The translations under genes and the position numbers were made by a program. Below, piece by piece: positions 1 through 11,699 of a stretch of DNA of 64,000 bases (its first letter is position 1; the number at the start of each line of letters is the position of its first letter). The notes beneath the pieces are model-generated. The model was given only the letters and a program-made list of their open reading frames with translations, ran no database searches and was not told where the DNA came from. The stretch lies in the NCBI RefSeq assembly GCF_009914755.1, contig NC_060930.1; one strand, written 5' to 3'. Origin of the DNA: the human T2T-CHM13v2.0 reference genome, Homo sapiens.

Positions 1-305
1 TCCTCGCTTCTGGTGGCTTGCTACGACCTTTGGTGTCCCTTCGCTTGCGGACCTCTGCCTTCGTCTTCACATGGTCATCTCCCTGTGTGTGTCTGTGTGT
101 CTGTCTGTGTCTAAATTTCCTCTTTTATAAGGACATTGATCATATTGGATTACGGGATCATCATACTCTGTAGTATGGCCTCATCTTAACTGATCACATG
201 TGCGATGACCCTATTTCCAAGTAAGGTCATATTCTGGTGGTACTAGGGGTTAGGATTTCAACATTAATTTAGTGGTGGTGGGTGAGCATATTTAACACAG
301 TGCAA
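1..305 (-). mobile_element. MaLR LTR fragment (MLT1B/C-like)
   Basis: Characteristic cctcttttataaggaca...gaccctatttccaagtaaggtcatattctg...gttaggatttcaaca. Confidence 0.8.
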
Positions 306-924
306 CAGCCTTCTTATTTGAATTTATTGTTCTCCAAATCAGGGTTTATCCATAGAATTCAGTCTGTGCCATACCTATGGATTGGATAATAAACATCTAG
401 AAGAAGCTAAAGGCAGGAGTCCCTTTTCTCCTTTTCTACCCAGTGATCCATCCATCCATCCATCCGTTATCACACACGTGCACACACACACACACACACT
501 TTATATAGGTGAGACTCTAGGGGTTCCTTACTGGAAGCCCCTGTCATCCAGGGACACTACTTGATGTCTTACTTGCATGGATTTGATGAGCTGCCTCAGA
601 GGAAGAGCTATAAGGACTCTGAAGTAAGGCCTGGGTTCAGAATCCAGCCCTGCACTTACTGGCTCTGTGACATCAGTGACACCTTCCTCTTTGAGGCTTG
701 GTTCTTCATTTGCAATATAGCAAATACTAGAGCAGACCCTATAGGTCCCTGAAAAATGGTGGCATTTATTGACGTTATTATTGTTGAGTGAGCCAAGGAG
801 AGAGGGACAGAGTGGAGGCATGGCCTATCTTCCAGCTTCCAGAAGCTCACCACCAGGCACTCCTGGGGGCGCAAGTCCAAAGCTGTCACAGAGACTGCCT
901 CATCTGGACTGTCTCCCCAGTTCC

Positions 925-1090
925 AGAGCTGTGGTTCTTAATCTTTTGGGGAACTGGATCCCTCTGGAAATCTAATACAATCTGTGGACTCCTCCCCAAA
1001 TAGCACCTGTGCATGGAGTGTCCTCAGAAGCTTGCGTGTGATTGTGGCAGGTTTGCGTCTCCACTTGAGACCACCCACGGAGGCTAAAGT
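925..1090. mobile_element. hAT-Charlie MITE fragment (family uncertain)
   Basis: tggttcttaatctt...gatccctctggaaatctaa...tgtggactcctcccc resembles old Charlie-derived MERs. Confidence 0.45.
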
Positions 1091-1507
1091 TTCCACTTCA
1101 GAGACAACAACCTGAGAAATTCATTTGCTCATCCAGTAAACATTTCTTGTGTGACTGTCACATGCCGGGTGCTTTGTGGGGGACCAGGATGTCACGGAAA
1201 AGTCAGATAGGAGACCTTTCCCCAAACTGCTCACAGGCAGCAAAAACCATAATGAAAAGTAGAAATGATTCAATATTATAGCAGACATATGGCTATATTT
1301 TTTTGTCCCAGTTCAGAGGAGGACATTATTTCTACCATGGAGGGTGTGAAATAATCAGGCAGGTTCAGTGGAAGGAAGGATATTTGAGTTGGAAAATAAC
1401 AGGTGAGTTAAATTTTGTTCTTAAAGGACATATTGGTATTCCCAAGGTACCCATCCCGACAGTTGACACAAGTGCACGAATATCTGTCTGCTGGTGTTTG
1501 CCTTCAC

Positions 1508-1608
1508 CTGAATGTAACTTAGCTGCTAGATTCCTAAAACGCTGCACCTCTGATAAGAAGCCAGTTCGTGTTCTTTTCTTCAAATATGGGCTTCCAATTG
1601 TATCACTT
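1508..1608 (-). pseudogene. Candidate exon, 101 nt
   Basis: Acceptor gtgctttgtgttatag| after a 76-nt intron (1609-1684); donor CAG|gtgaag. Phase-2 frame is open: SDTIGSPYLKKRTRTGFLSEVQRFRNLAAKLHS. Confidence 0.55.
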
Positions 1609-1684
1609 CTATAACACAAAGCACAGTTCATTCATTTACATGAAACAAGAAGACATTGACATTCTGCCTGTCTTCAGTCCTTAC

Positions 1685-2292
1685 CTTTGTTATGAAGGAA
1701 TCTTTGGTGTCTCTGACCCTCTAGGGATCCCAGTCCTCCACCCAGCTGTGGAGGATGGAATGGGAGGTGCACATCTGGGAGTAGTTAACCACTATCTTCT
1801 ACTTTCTTTCTTCCAGGGGAGGTGCTTCTTCACCCCACTCCTCTCTATCCACATCACTAATAGCCAAGAGCTCAGCCTTCCCGGGGTCAGACAACGTTGT
1901 GATCTGCTGGATCCTGTTCTGCTTCAGCTGTGTTGAATGCATATCCATTTGGTTCTGGTTCATAATTCTTCACTATCAATTTTTCTGAAAGACTTCAGTT
2001 CCTTTTGTGGTTCAGTGAAAAGTTTGGTATTTGGGGTTGGGTACAGATTAGGTTTAGCCTAGGGTTGAGATCTGCTGTGGTTTGGGTTTTGCAGGGTGGT
2101 CATTTCGTAAATGCTATCTCAACCCTTCCCAGGTGGAAGGGGCAGGGAAATGTGGCCTGGGAATCCACATCATAAAGAATTTTCAATAAATGATCTGAGA
2201 GGAACACAGTGTGTTCTCTCCCTGGCAGCAGCATCAAGCAGTCTCTGGAAGACACACTGAGCATCATTCTACGCTGTATGGTTGTAGGTTCA
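1685..2292 (-). pseudogene. Candidate exon, 608 nt (609-1)
   Basis: Acceptor ctcattttgacag|, strong donor AAG|gtaagg. Phase-2 frame EPTTIQRRMMLSVSSRDCLMLLPGREHTVFLSDHLLKILYDVDSQATF...; TGA stops; a -1 frameshift near 1.9 kb restores a phase-2 end. Confidence 0.6.
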
Positions 2293-3069
2293 CTGTCAAA
2301 ATGAGCTTGATCCAGCAAGAATTTAGGAAAGTGACAAGTGGTTCAGGCTTAGCCACAGACTTGCAACGTGACCCTGGGTAAATCAGTTCCCCTCTCTGGG
2401 ACTCAGTTTCCTTATGTGTAAACAAACAAACAAAGGAAATTGGACGAGAAACTAGGTGATGGTGAAGGTGACTTTCAGAGCTTAAATGTTATGATGCTGT
2501 GAACACAACAACTTTATTTTAAATTAACTGTGCCTCTAAGGAAAGGATTCAAAGGCTCTTTCATTCATTGAACTGTATCTCTCCCACGTTCCACTCCCTG
2601 GTCATTGCTCAAGAACAAACATGAGAGCATCCAGCCCTCCTGGAGAACGTACATACTTCAATGGAGGCCTTGGCTGCCTGCCTGGGGCTCCCTCAGCAAC
2701 CAGGCTGTGTAGTAGCATGGTGGGCCCATGGGGTCACAGAACCTTCTCTCCCCTTCCTTCCCTCCTTTTTTCCTTAGAGGGAAGGAAGGGGACAAAAGAG
2801 GACAGTATTAGACCATATCCACACTTCTAAGGCTTTAGGCTCCAGAAGGGAATGTACCTCTTTAAGGTGCCTGCAGGCAGGGCCTATCCAGCCAGCAGGG
2901 TAAGGCAGAGGCCATCCCAGCCCCTCAGGATCCCCGTGGGGTGTGTCTGCTGAGGTTCTAAGGAACTTAATTAACATGGACTTTCCTCACTTATTCACCG
3001 CCTACCCCTATAAGGTGTGCTAGCTAAGTAGTTTTTCCACACACCTGAATTTTACCCTTTAAATAATAA

Positions 3070-3393
<324 letters not shown>

Positions 3394-3647
3394 CATTTTC
3401 ACCATTTTAGATGGGAATAGATACTTTTTGTTTCTTGCTTCTCAGCCCTCTCAGCTGGGTATCATGAACAGAGTCAAATCTTCATCCTAACGAGTATCAA
3501 TTGTCCTGCCTCAGGTTTTCATGGGTAAACTGAGGAAAAGCATATCTCCCTCACAAGGTCCGTGTGATTATGTAAACAAAGGGCTAGCCTGGAAAGAAGG
3601 ACATGCTTAGTTAATAGCGATTATTATTTTAATTGTCAGTTGATTAC

Positions 3648-3734
3648 ATGGTGATATATTCAGAGAAGATTGATTTATGAAGAGCAATTTGCCCTTCCAG
3701 GAAATGGCCCCTGGACTGTTAGGCATTTCGATTT
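3648..3734 (-). pseudogene. Candidate exon, 87 nt
   Basis: cccaag|...CAT|gtaatc (weak sites). Phase 2-2: NRNA*QSRGHFLEGQIALHKSIFSEYIT. Confidence 0.3.
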
Positions 3735-3884
3735 CTTGGGCATGAATTAAATAGTTTCTCTTCCTCTCCCTTGTCACCAGTTGCATGGCTGGCTTGCACC
3801 TGACTTAGTGACCCTCCCTTCCTTTCTCCCTCCCTTCCTCCTTTTTCTTCTTTCTCTCTTCCTCTTTCCTTATTTCTCTTTTTA

Positions 3885-4250
3885 AAGTTTATTGGGAACT
3901 TTTCTCTATAAAATGCTCATTACAGAAAATTTGAAAAAAAGAAAACAAAAAAACAGAAAGAAAACAAAATCACCTATGACACCTTGAGAAAACTACGTTT
4001 TGATATATTTCCATTTTATCTCATTTTTCAGTTTTGAGTGTTGTTTGTTTATTGCACATGTTGAAGTTACACCATAGATATAATTTTGCACCCTGCTTCT
4101 TTTTAGTTATAATGATAACATAAGCACTTCCCCATGCTAATTTTCAATTCATCACCAACAACATCTATATTGGCTGCAAATATGGCTGGTCATGGTCCCG
4201 TGGTTTAACTTACGCATTTCTTTAAGATTGATATGAAAAGATTGGTATGA
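3885..4250 (-). mobile_element. Old L1 (L1ME-like) fragment
   Basis: AT-rich degenerate L1ME 3'-end-like motifs. Confidence 0.5.
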
Positions 4251-4302
4251 ATTTCTTTCTAGTTTGTTGTTTCTAAGAGGGTGTGGCAGGGAGACCACTC
4301 AC

Positions 4303-4530
4303 CAAGTGTGTTAGAACTGTACGTTCTCAGGAAGAGTTAATCAGTCTCAGAATCTTGTGGGAAGGCTGGAGAGGTTTTCCTCAGGAGCCTTTGGATATGA
4401 ATTTTTTTGACGCCTCTTATACTTTACTCTCTCAAAGGATCCTTTTACTTGTGTTTTCGGTTCTTGATCGAGGTCTGAATAGTTGAGATTATCAATTCAT
4501 GGACTTCTTGATAAGTGAGATATGACTGCA
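4303..4530 (-). pseudogene. Candidate exon, 228 nt
   Basis: Acceptor attttatcatttttactag|, consensus donor TTG|gtgagt. Phase 2-2: AVISHLSRSP*IDNLNYSDLDQEPKTQVKGSFERVKYKRRQKNSYPKAPEENLSSLPTRF*D*LTLPENVQF*HT (3 TGA, 1 TAA). Confidence 0.65.
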
Positions 4531-4574
4531 CTAGTAAAAATGATAAAATCTACTTTTCTACCAGCGAGGTAGAA

Positions 4575-4800
4575 TGGTGTCATTGTTCAGAGCTGCCTGC
4601 GTTCAAATCCCAGTTCTCCCTCTTTCTAGTTGGGAGCCATCAGGCAAGTTTCAGTCTCTGTGCCTCAGTCCCCTTGCAAAATGGAATCATCATAGTGTCC
4701 ACCTCACAAGACCGCTGTGCGTATGAAATGAATGAATGTCTGGAAAACACTTAGGACTGTGCCTGGCCCTTGGTAAGCTCTAGTGAGTATTTGCTATTTT
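4575..4800 (+). mobile_element. MIR
   Basis: gttcaaatcccagttc...ctctgtgcctcagt...aaaatgg core. Confidence 0.8.
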
Positions 4801-5242
4801 TATGTTCTAATTATGTTATGAGGGCATTTTAAAGTTTCTTTGAAACATTTTTGACCTACTCTTTCAGAATTTTTGTCTTTTACAGAGGCTCAGGAGCAGA
4901 AGGAGACGGCTAGGGCTGGAAGGGACAGCAAGGGAGTGGCACAGCTGAGAGCAAGGCTGACACCAGGTGCCCAGGCACCGCCTCCACCCCCAAGGCCAGG
5001 GAGAGCCGGCAGGGCCCCCCAGGCACAGCCTAGCTGGGCCAGGAGTGGGACAGGAAATGAGAGAGAAAGTCCAGAGTGGGGGTGGTGTGGAGCTGCAAAT
5101 GAGAACCTGAAGGAGGAGGGGGCTGGCGGGGGGTGGGGTCACCTCTCTCCCCAGATCCCAGCCTCAGGGGTAGGGCCATGGAGTCCGCAAATAGAACCTT
5201 CAGTTCCTGAGGGGAAAAAGAAAGTCTAACTTTAGAATTTAC

Positions 5243-5278
5243 AGTTTTCCTTAACAAGAGGTACAGCGCAGTTGCGTT
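5243..5278 (-). pseudogene. Candidate micro-exon, 36 nt
   Basis: Acceptor ttttaattttgcttccgttaccag| after an 88-nt AT-rich intron; weak donor ACT|gtaaat; phase 2-2. Confidence 0.35.
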
Positions 5279-5366
5279 CTGGTAACGGAAGCAAAATTAA
5301 AAATATGAGCAGGAAATAAATTAATTTTAAAATATCTAAAAACATGTATTCTGTGGTTCCATCCAC

Positions 5367-5986
5367 CTGGCCAGCATTGACTGGCTTGTTTTTCCCTGGG
5401 AGGGACTGATTAATAGGACAGAAATGAGGAGGTGTGAATTTATTTTGGACCTGGGTGGGGAGCCAAGAGAGGTTGGCATCAGCCCACTTAGGCTAAATCT
5501 GCATTTTAAAGTCCACAAGGGTGACCACCTACTGGATGCCCTGGAGGGTGGGGAGTTGGGAAGGGAGGTATTGCAGGCTGAGCTCCTTCTCAGCAAGCTT
5601 CTAAAAGCAGTTTATTTTCCCCCCTTTTGAAAGTATAGTCATGCAGGCCCAGAGGCAGCCCTATGACCAGGGGACTCTCTGGGCCTTTGTCGGGAGAAGC
5701 CAACGACACAGAGCAGGCCTGGGACAGTGAATGCAATGCGGGTTTTTGAGCCCAAAGTGTTCCCTGGGAAGAGGTAAGAGGACAGAGCCCAGCACTCAGA
5801 GAAATAAAATCCCTCTGGGCTGTTTTGTGCACCAAGCATGGAGAATCATTTAGCAGGATGAAAGGTGGTTGAGAAGCAATAAATAATCTTCAAATTGGGG
5901 AGAGGCCACTGTCTGGGAGGTAGAGAGAAGGCTGCAACGCAGAGCATTTTATCTGAGTTTAAAACGCAAGAGTGAGGCCGATTTCA
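5367..5986 (-). pseudogene. Candidate exon, 620 nt (621-1)
   Basis: Acceptor ttgaactacag|, donor CAG|gtggat. The phase-2 frame runs through ORF 5590..5835, then after one -1 shift through ORF 5336..5596. Confidence 0.45.
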
Positions 5987-6067
5987 CTGTAGTTCAAGAC
6001 ATGGATAATTAAAAACAAAGACATCTTTAAGACAGATCTAAGGAGGCCTCCCATCGCATGCCCTCAC

Positions 6068-6343
6068 CCTATAAATCCCCCATCTCCGTGCCCTTCCCCC
6101 ATCTCCTTTTCCCAGAAAAGGCTGGGAACACCCTGAGAAGTAAAATCATCCTAACGAGAGAAGACATGTTCTTGAAGAAATTTTGACTTATGGCTTGCAG
6201 CTTTATAAGCATTTCAGTAGAAAGATGTCCCACACTCAGGCACTAAGTCAAGGACGCATAGTTTCAATGCTAGCTTGGTCTTCTGTGTGATTATTTTTAC
6301 AACATTTGCAATTAAATGCAGATTTTCTGCTGCCAGATTCTGA
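6068..6343 (-). pseudogene. Candidate exon, 276 nt
   Basis: ccccttgtccag|...AGG|gtgagg, followed by an 81-nt intron. Phase 2-2: QNLAAENLHLIANVVKIITQKTKLALKLCVLDLVPECGTSFY*NAYKAASHKSKFLQEHVFSR*DDF... Confidence 0.45.
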
Positions 6344-6486
6344 CTGGACAAGGGGCTTCAGTGCTGCTGGGTCCCCCGGCACACAAGCTCAGACACACCA
6401 ACCTGCACGAGGACACACACTTGGGTGGGAGGAACAGCCCGCCGCTGCACGCACACCAGTGTAAACCACCCAGGACACACACGTGC

Positions 6487-6615
6487 CTGTGCAAGCTGCC
6501 TTTCCCCAAACTTTCTTCATTAGAAACAGATCTGCTCTGCTTCTCTGTTACTTTATTTTGATGATTGAAATTTTCCTCAACCAAAAGTGTAGGCATAATG
6601 ACCTTTTTCTTAAGA
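6487..6615 (-). pseudogene. Candidate exon, 129 nt
   Basis: ttttcttctacaattctgaag|...CAG|gcacgt (GC or decayed GT donor). Phase 2-2, fully open: LKKKVIMPTLLVEENFNHQNKVTEKQSRSVSNEESLGKGSLH. Confidence 0.5.
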
Positions 6616-6686
6616 CTTCAGAATTGTAGAAGAAAATATGATTATATAAGTTCATATATTTTGGTTTTGAAAGGAACTGATTGCTC

Positions 6687-7055
6687 TGTGTGTGTGCGTG
6701 TGTTTGTGGGTGAGTGAGCGTGCTTGTATGTGTGCATGTGGGTGAGTGAGTGTGCATGTGTGTGCTGGTGTGTGCATGTGGGTGTGTGTGCTTGTGTGTG
6801 CATGTGTGTGCATGTGGGTGTGTGAGTCTGCTTTGTGTGCTTGTGTGTGCGTGTGTGTGCATGTGGGTGTGTGAGTCTGCTTTGTGTGCGTGTGTGTGCA
6901 TGTGGGTGTGTGAGTGTGCTTGTGTATGCATGTGTGTGCATGAGTGCTCAAGTATGTGCATGTGTATGAGCATGCTAGTATGTGCATGCATGTGCTGTGT
7001 GTGTGTCAGTGTGCTTGTGTGTTCATGTGTGTGCATGTGGGTGGGTGTGGGTGTG
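6687..7055. repeat. (TG)n/(CATG)-type low-complexity array with internal ~50-bp tandem duplication
   Basis: gtgtgtgcatgtgggtgtgtgagtctgctttgtgtgc occurs twice (about 6804 and 6852). Confidence 0.9.
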
Positions 7056-8020
7056 TGGAGGGTAGGGATTCTGGGAAGGAAAGAACAAGGAGGCTCTGAT
7101 GAGATGAGGAGAAACGCAGTGGGTCTGATAGCAGGCACGAGGAAACAGTAGTTGCCACCTTAGAAGAGAAACAATGACAGGAGATGAAGTGTGGTTTGGG
7201 GTACTCCAACAATCCCCTGTGAACTCAGGAATTTAGTGGGTTTCCAGAAAGTTCTATATTGCCTTTTCTCCTGGGATGGCCAATGCTGCCCAGCATTGGT
7301 CAGGAGCAACTTGCAGGAAGAGAAAAGGTTGATTTTTAGGCCTGCAAATACCCACCTCTGCGTAATTTCGCCTATTGTGAGATTTACGTTGTTATTTGCT
7401 TCTTCGGGTTGGTTTAAGAGGCGGTAAGGAAGGCAAAGCTTGCGTGAGGTCAGAGTCCACTCCACCTCACCTCAGCAGGCAAGCAGGGCAGGTAGAGGAA
7501 CAAAGCAGGCCTTGAGGGAGAGAAAGGCCTGAACTAGAATCCTGCTGACCTCTCTCAGCCTGAGTTTTCTCATCTTTAAATCGGGGCCAATGACCTCCTT
7601 GATGTGCAGTCCTTGTGAGGCTGCAAGGAGGCAGTGTGAGCACAGAGGCTGGTACGGGCGGGTGCTCAGGGGAGGAGAGGGCCCGTGCTCTGGCCTCCCA
7701 CCAAGGCCTCCTCCTGTGTGCTGTTGGAAATGGACTTGGCACAAGCAAGGCTTTGTTTCCTTTTAGAAAGCCACCCCAGTGCCCCACTCCCAGACTGCCT
7801 CTCCGATCCTCCCCTCAGCACGTGGAGCTGGGGCTTGTCACTCAGCCCAGGAGGGACCTAGAGCAGGTCTTCAGTACTGGAAAGAGGAAGAACCCCCCTT
7901 GCGGGGAGGCTCCACCCAAGCAGGGCATGAAGCAGGAGGTGGTGGGCCGGGCACAGGAGACAAACCCCGCCTGCTTCCCAGTTTTGCTCCGAGAGTTAGC
8001 CTTGGCTAAGTGGAGCTCAC

Positions 8021-8443
8021 CAGCCTCCCACACAGTGAACCCAGAAGTCTTCAGCCCTCAACATCCCCTTGTGTGTGTGTGCACGTGTGTGCGTGCGCAC
8101 GCGTGCGTGTCCATATGCATGTGTGCACGTGTGTGCCCATGTGTGCGCATGTGCATGTGTGTATGTGTGCATGTGTGTGCCTGTGTGTGTGGCGTGTGTG
8201 TGTGTGTGTGTGTGTGTGGTGTACTTCCTGCTTCCTCTAGAGCTCTTTCCTTGTTTCACTCTGACACTGTCTTTGACCGCCCTGAGCCGCTCCCCCTCCC
8301 CCTCCCCAGTGGTTCTGATGCTGTCCCTTAGCAGGTAGCTTTTTCAGATTCCTTCACTCTTTTGCTGGGTCTGTCTCTTTGCCTCTTGCCTGATTTCCCC
8401 TGGAGCCCCGGGGGATCTACGCTCCTGCAGGGCTGTGCCAGCC
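8021..8443 (-). pseudogene. Candidate exon, 423 nt (or 219 nt ending at 8225), containing a CA-type array
   Basis: Strong acceptor cttacttctggcttccttctcacag|, donor CTG|gtgagc. Phase 2-2 with one TGA: AGTALQERRSPGAPGEIRQEAKRQTQQKSEGI*KSYLLRDSIRTTGEGEGERLRAVKDSVRVKQGKSSRGSRK... Confidence 0.5.
8070..8218. repeat. (TG)n/(CG)-interspersed microsatellite
   Basis: Alternating purine-pyrimidine tract. Confidence 0.9.
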
Positions 8444-8652
8444 CTGTGAGAAGGAAGCCAGAAGTAAGAATCACCACCTAGTGCTAAGGGCAAAACATTG
8501 CGCCCAGTAGGTGCTCAGGCCAGGTCTGTGAGGGCGGATTTCAAGGATGAAAGCGGAACCGTGGACATTGAAATGTACATTGTGATGTATTTTCAACTCT
8601 TCTTTCTTCAAAGAAAAATAATTGGATGTAAAACGCTCCTCTCGCCCCTCAC

Positions 8653-8706
8653 CCAGACTTCTCCTTTGACGCTGATTTTCCCAGCTCAGAATCAAGTATA
8701 GCATCG
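8653..8706 (-). pseudogene. Candidate exon, 54 nt
   Basis: gatcttcag|...TGG|gtgagg. Phase 2-2, open: DAILDSELGKSASKEKS. Confidence 0.5.
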
Positions 8707-9114
8707 CTGAAGATCACCAAACTGCTACTTAGACATTTTAAAGATGCAATTTGAGTTCCAGGCAGGGAAAAGGGGTGGATAAAAGAGATTATATGATAAT
8801 GACATGGCTGTGGGAAGCCTGTCAAATAAAGTGCATTTTCTCTGGTGGGCAGGCTATTTCTGGAGCTGTACGTGGGTCCCTACACTGAGGGGTGTGTTTA
8901 TCCTAATGGGAAGCAGGACTGAGCTAAGCCACAGCTCCCTGTACAGTTTTTAAAGTCTTAAGATACCACAAGAGACATTTGCAGTGTCCAGAGGACACAT
9001 TTAGTCTGCCCTGGCCCGTTTAATGTGTGCTGACTTGGCTCTGACAGGGGCTGGAGGAAGGCAAAGGGAATTCTTACAGCAGAAGTGGGGAAAGGTGCAT
9101 CCATCCAAATGTGC

Positions 9115-9490
9115 CCATTAGGATGCTTTTAGATACAAGAAAGAGAAAAGTCAATACTAACTGACTAAAATCGTAAGGAGTGCATTAGATCATCTCAAAG
9201 TAGCCCAGAGTTAGGGCTTCAGGTAGGGTTTGATCAGGGTGCCAATTCTGTTTTCCTGTGACCTTGTCTGCCCTGCCCCCTTCTCGTTCTTTGTCCTTAG
9301 GCTGACTTCCCTCATGGCTGCAAGATAGCTGCTGGCAGCAACTCAGGCAGTTGCTTCTTTGGTCATGTCCAGGGAGAAAGAGAGGAAAACATTTTCCTTT
9401 TGGTCTGAATGGGTCAACTGAAGCCACGAACTGGACAATTGGAGCCACTAGGCTAACATCTTCTGCCCTTGGCTTGCCCAGAGTTCTGAA
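9115..9490. mobile_element. MaLR LTR (MLT1J/K-like)
   Basis: cattaggatgcttttag...gggcttcaggtagggtttgatcag...caagatagctgctggcagc. Confidence 0.6.
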
Positions 9491-10162
9491 CCCCACCCAA
9501 GCAAGGAGGTTTGAGTGACTCTAACTGCTGGGATTGGATTCCCACGAGGCACAGGTGTCACATAGGAGGGTCAGGCCCAGGCCCAGACTGGACTCTGCTA
9601 GGAAAGTGGGGGAAGGTGGGTTGGAAATGAAAGCAGTCAAGCAACTAACAGCTTTTCCAGCCAGAAACAAGGGAGCCCTGTTGTAGCAGAGCCTCTTTTG
9701 TGGGCTGAGACACTGTCAGCCTGGCCTTTCTGCCTCTCAGAGCTGTTGGGGATCATGGAAGATGATGGAACGGTAGCAAGGCAAAATAGACATATATATG
9801 TATGTATAAAATATATGCCTATAAATACCTCGTGCCTCAGTTTTCTCCTCTGTAAAATGGACATAGCAATCCTGCCTTATCCTTCACAAGGAGAAATTTC
9901 ATGTACTATTTTCAGTGCTCCTAGAGACCAGCTAGGCTAGCCAGATTGGGCTTGTTTTCCCCCAGAGAGGAATGATGACAACTCCAGCCCCTTGGTACCC
10001 TCTCCCTCTCCTCCCATCTCACCCTGTTCTAGGTTGGTCTTGGCAACATTTCCTCTGGAAAATAAGAAAAACAAATTTTCCCGGGGTTATCAATCACTGC
10101 CCCGCTTGACACATTGGGGCTGGGCTTCCTAGATCTGAAAGGGAGCACATATCGAAGCCCAC

Positions 10163-10614
10163 CTGAGCTTGTGTGCCAGGTCTCTCCAGGAGCCCTGGGG
10201 CAGCTGGTCAGGGACAGTCAGAGGGGTGAAGCCTGCCTGGCTGGAGCCTGAGACAGGAAGGGAGAGGATGGGGTTGGAGCCTGTCCTCCAGGCCAGGGGC
10301 AGACCAGAGGGGTGGGTGAGCAGGGGTATTCTAGAAGGAACAGGGTCTGCTGGGGTGCTGGGGAGACACGGTGGGTTTCTGTACTCTGCTGTCACAGACA
10401 ATGCAAGTTTCACCTGGAGCTGAAACCTCGGCCTTGAGGCTGCCGATTTCAGTCCGGAGGGAGCCCTTGGGAAGCGGAACTGATCATTTCCCAAGGCCTG
10501 GCCTCACTTTTCACGAAGATAAGGCAGCACTTCAGCTTCCTCTGAGGCCGGCAGCCCAGGAGCTCCTCTGTCCCCCTCCCTCCTTCTACAGGTCTTGTCT
10601 GCAGCCTGTCTCTT
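10163..10614 (-). pseudogene. Candidate exon, 452 nt (453-1)
   Basis: Strong acceptor tttctctgtctttttccatactag|, donor CAG|gtgggc. RDRLQTRPVEG..., a -1 shift near the G-run at about 10575, then GAPGLPASEEAEVLPYLREK* followed by ORF 10129..10494. Confidence 0.5.
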
Positions 10615-10674
10615 CTAGTATGGAAAAAGACAGAGAAACATGCAAGCCCAGAAACACACATGCAGCACATGCAT

Positions 10675-10728
10675 CTCTTTCTCTCTCCCTCCCTCCCTCC
10701 CTCTCTCTCTCTCTCCCTCCCTCCCTCC

Positions 10729-10759
<31 letters not shown>

Positions 10760-10762
10760 CCC
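10675..10762. repeat. (CT)n/(CCCT)n polypyrimidine tract
   Basis: Directly visible. Confidence 0.95.
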
Positions 10763-11360
10763 TCTTCCAGGCCTTCTGTGCCTGGGCCCTCTGGCCACAT
10801 GTGGAAAGGCTGTATTCTGTCTTAATGTAATGGAGGCAAGGCACAAAAAGCCATTTTCCTCTGCGGGCCCTCTTGCTCACTAAGATGGAGGAACTGGGAA
10901 ATGCCCTGAGGAAGGGCCATGGGGTTCCTCCCCACTCAGGCCCGTTCAGAGCACATTCCATGCCCAGTGCCCTGCGGGGAGAAGCTGCTCCTGGTCCCCT
11001 ACAGTGCCTTAAACAAAATAGTGACTACATACATAGCATGTAAGAGCTGGAAGGGATCATAGGGGGTTGGATGGTGAGGCCAGGACAAACCTGAAGTTTG
11101 ACAGAGGGACGGGGGCCCAGAGAAGACTCTGCTGCAGCTACACAGGGCCCAGCCTCCCAGGAGACATGTCTAGCAGCCTAGGGAAGGGCTGTGTTCCCCA
11201 GAGCCCTCAGGAGCCCGCTGAGAAAAGCCTGAAGTTGCCAGAGCTCAGAAGCTCACCCCTGCTGACCACAAGATGGCAACAGAGCTTTGTATGAGCCCCA
11301 AGCTCGGGCGGGGGCCGGGGCGGGTCCAGCTTGCTGGGAGGAACGGACCCACATCCTTAC

Positions 11361-11519
11361 CTCCATGGTCTGAGTATTCTTCTGATGCCTTCAGATCAGG
11401 ATGAGAGTTAATTTAATGTGGGTCTGGGTGTGTCTCTTTTCCTGTTTTATTGCCTTGAGCTCAGTTCCAACTGTACCTGATGAGCGGTTCTGATCTTTCC
11501 TCTGTCCCTTTTACCTATT
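11361..11519 (-). pseudogene. Candidate exon, 159 nt
   Basis: gagcttatag|...GAG|gtaagg (strong donor). Phase 2-2, purine-rich, 3 stops. Confidence 0.5.
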
Positions 11520-11618
11520 CTATAAGCTCCATAGGAGGGTGGGGGTGGTAGGAAGATGCCATTCAACTCACAGCACTCTTGAGAAGCTAGGTGGAGGTAA
11601 GCCTAAGATATTAAAAAC

Positions 11619-11699
11619 CTGTTAGACAGTATAGATGAATGTGCATAATTTGGTGCTATGTGTGGTGCTGAATTTATATTTTTCATTTTAGAAGAAGAG
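11619..11699 (-). pseudogene. Candidate exon, 81 nt
   Basis: ccacttttag|...CAG|gttttt (weak donor). Phase 2-2, open: SSSKMKNINSAPHIAPNYAHSSILSN. Confidence 0.3.

Noticed and set aside
573-882. Possible further downstream minus-strand micro-exons (573-607, 851-882)
   Set aside because: Very short, adjacent to MIR/MER sequence, and phase ambiguous.
1508-1720. Alternative frame NKEVIQLEAHI*RKEHELA loosely resembling the PRKG2 leucine zipper
   Set aside because: Short, contains a stop, is not the phase-consistent frame, and no kinase or cyclic-nucleotide-binding exons were found.
6548-8338. Long His/Thr- or Cys/Val-rich ORFs (196 aa, 238 aa and others)
   Set aside because: Produced by stop-free TG/CA microsatellites.
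10371-10961. 170-aa ORFs on both strands
   Set aside because: Extended by the (CT)n tract; only part of the minus-strand one overlaps a candidate exon.
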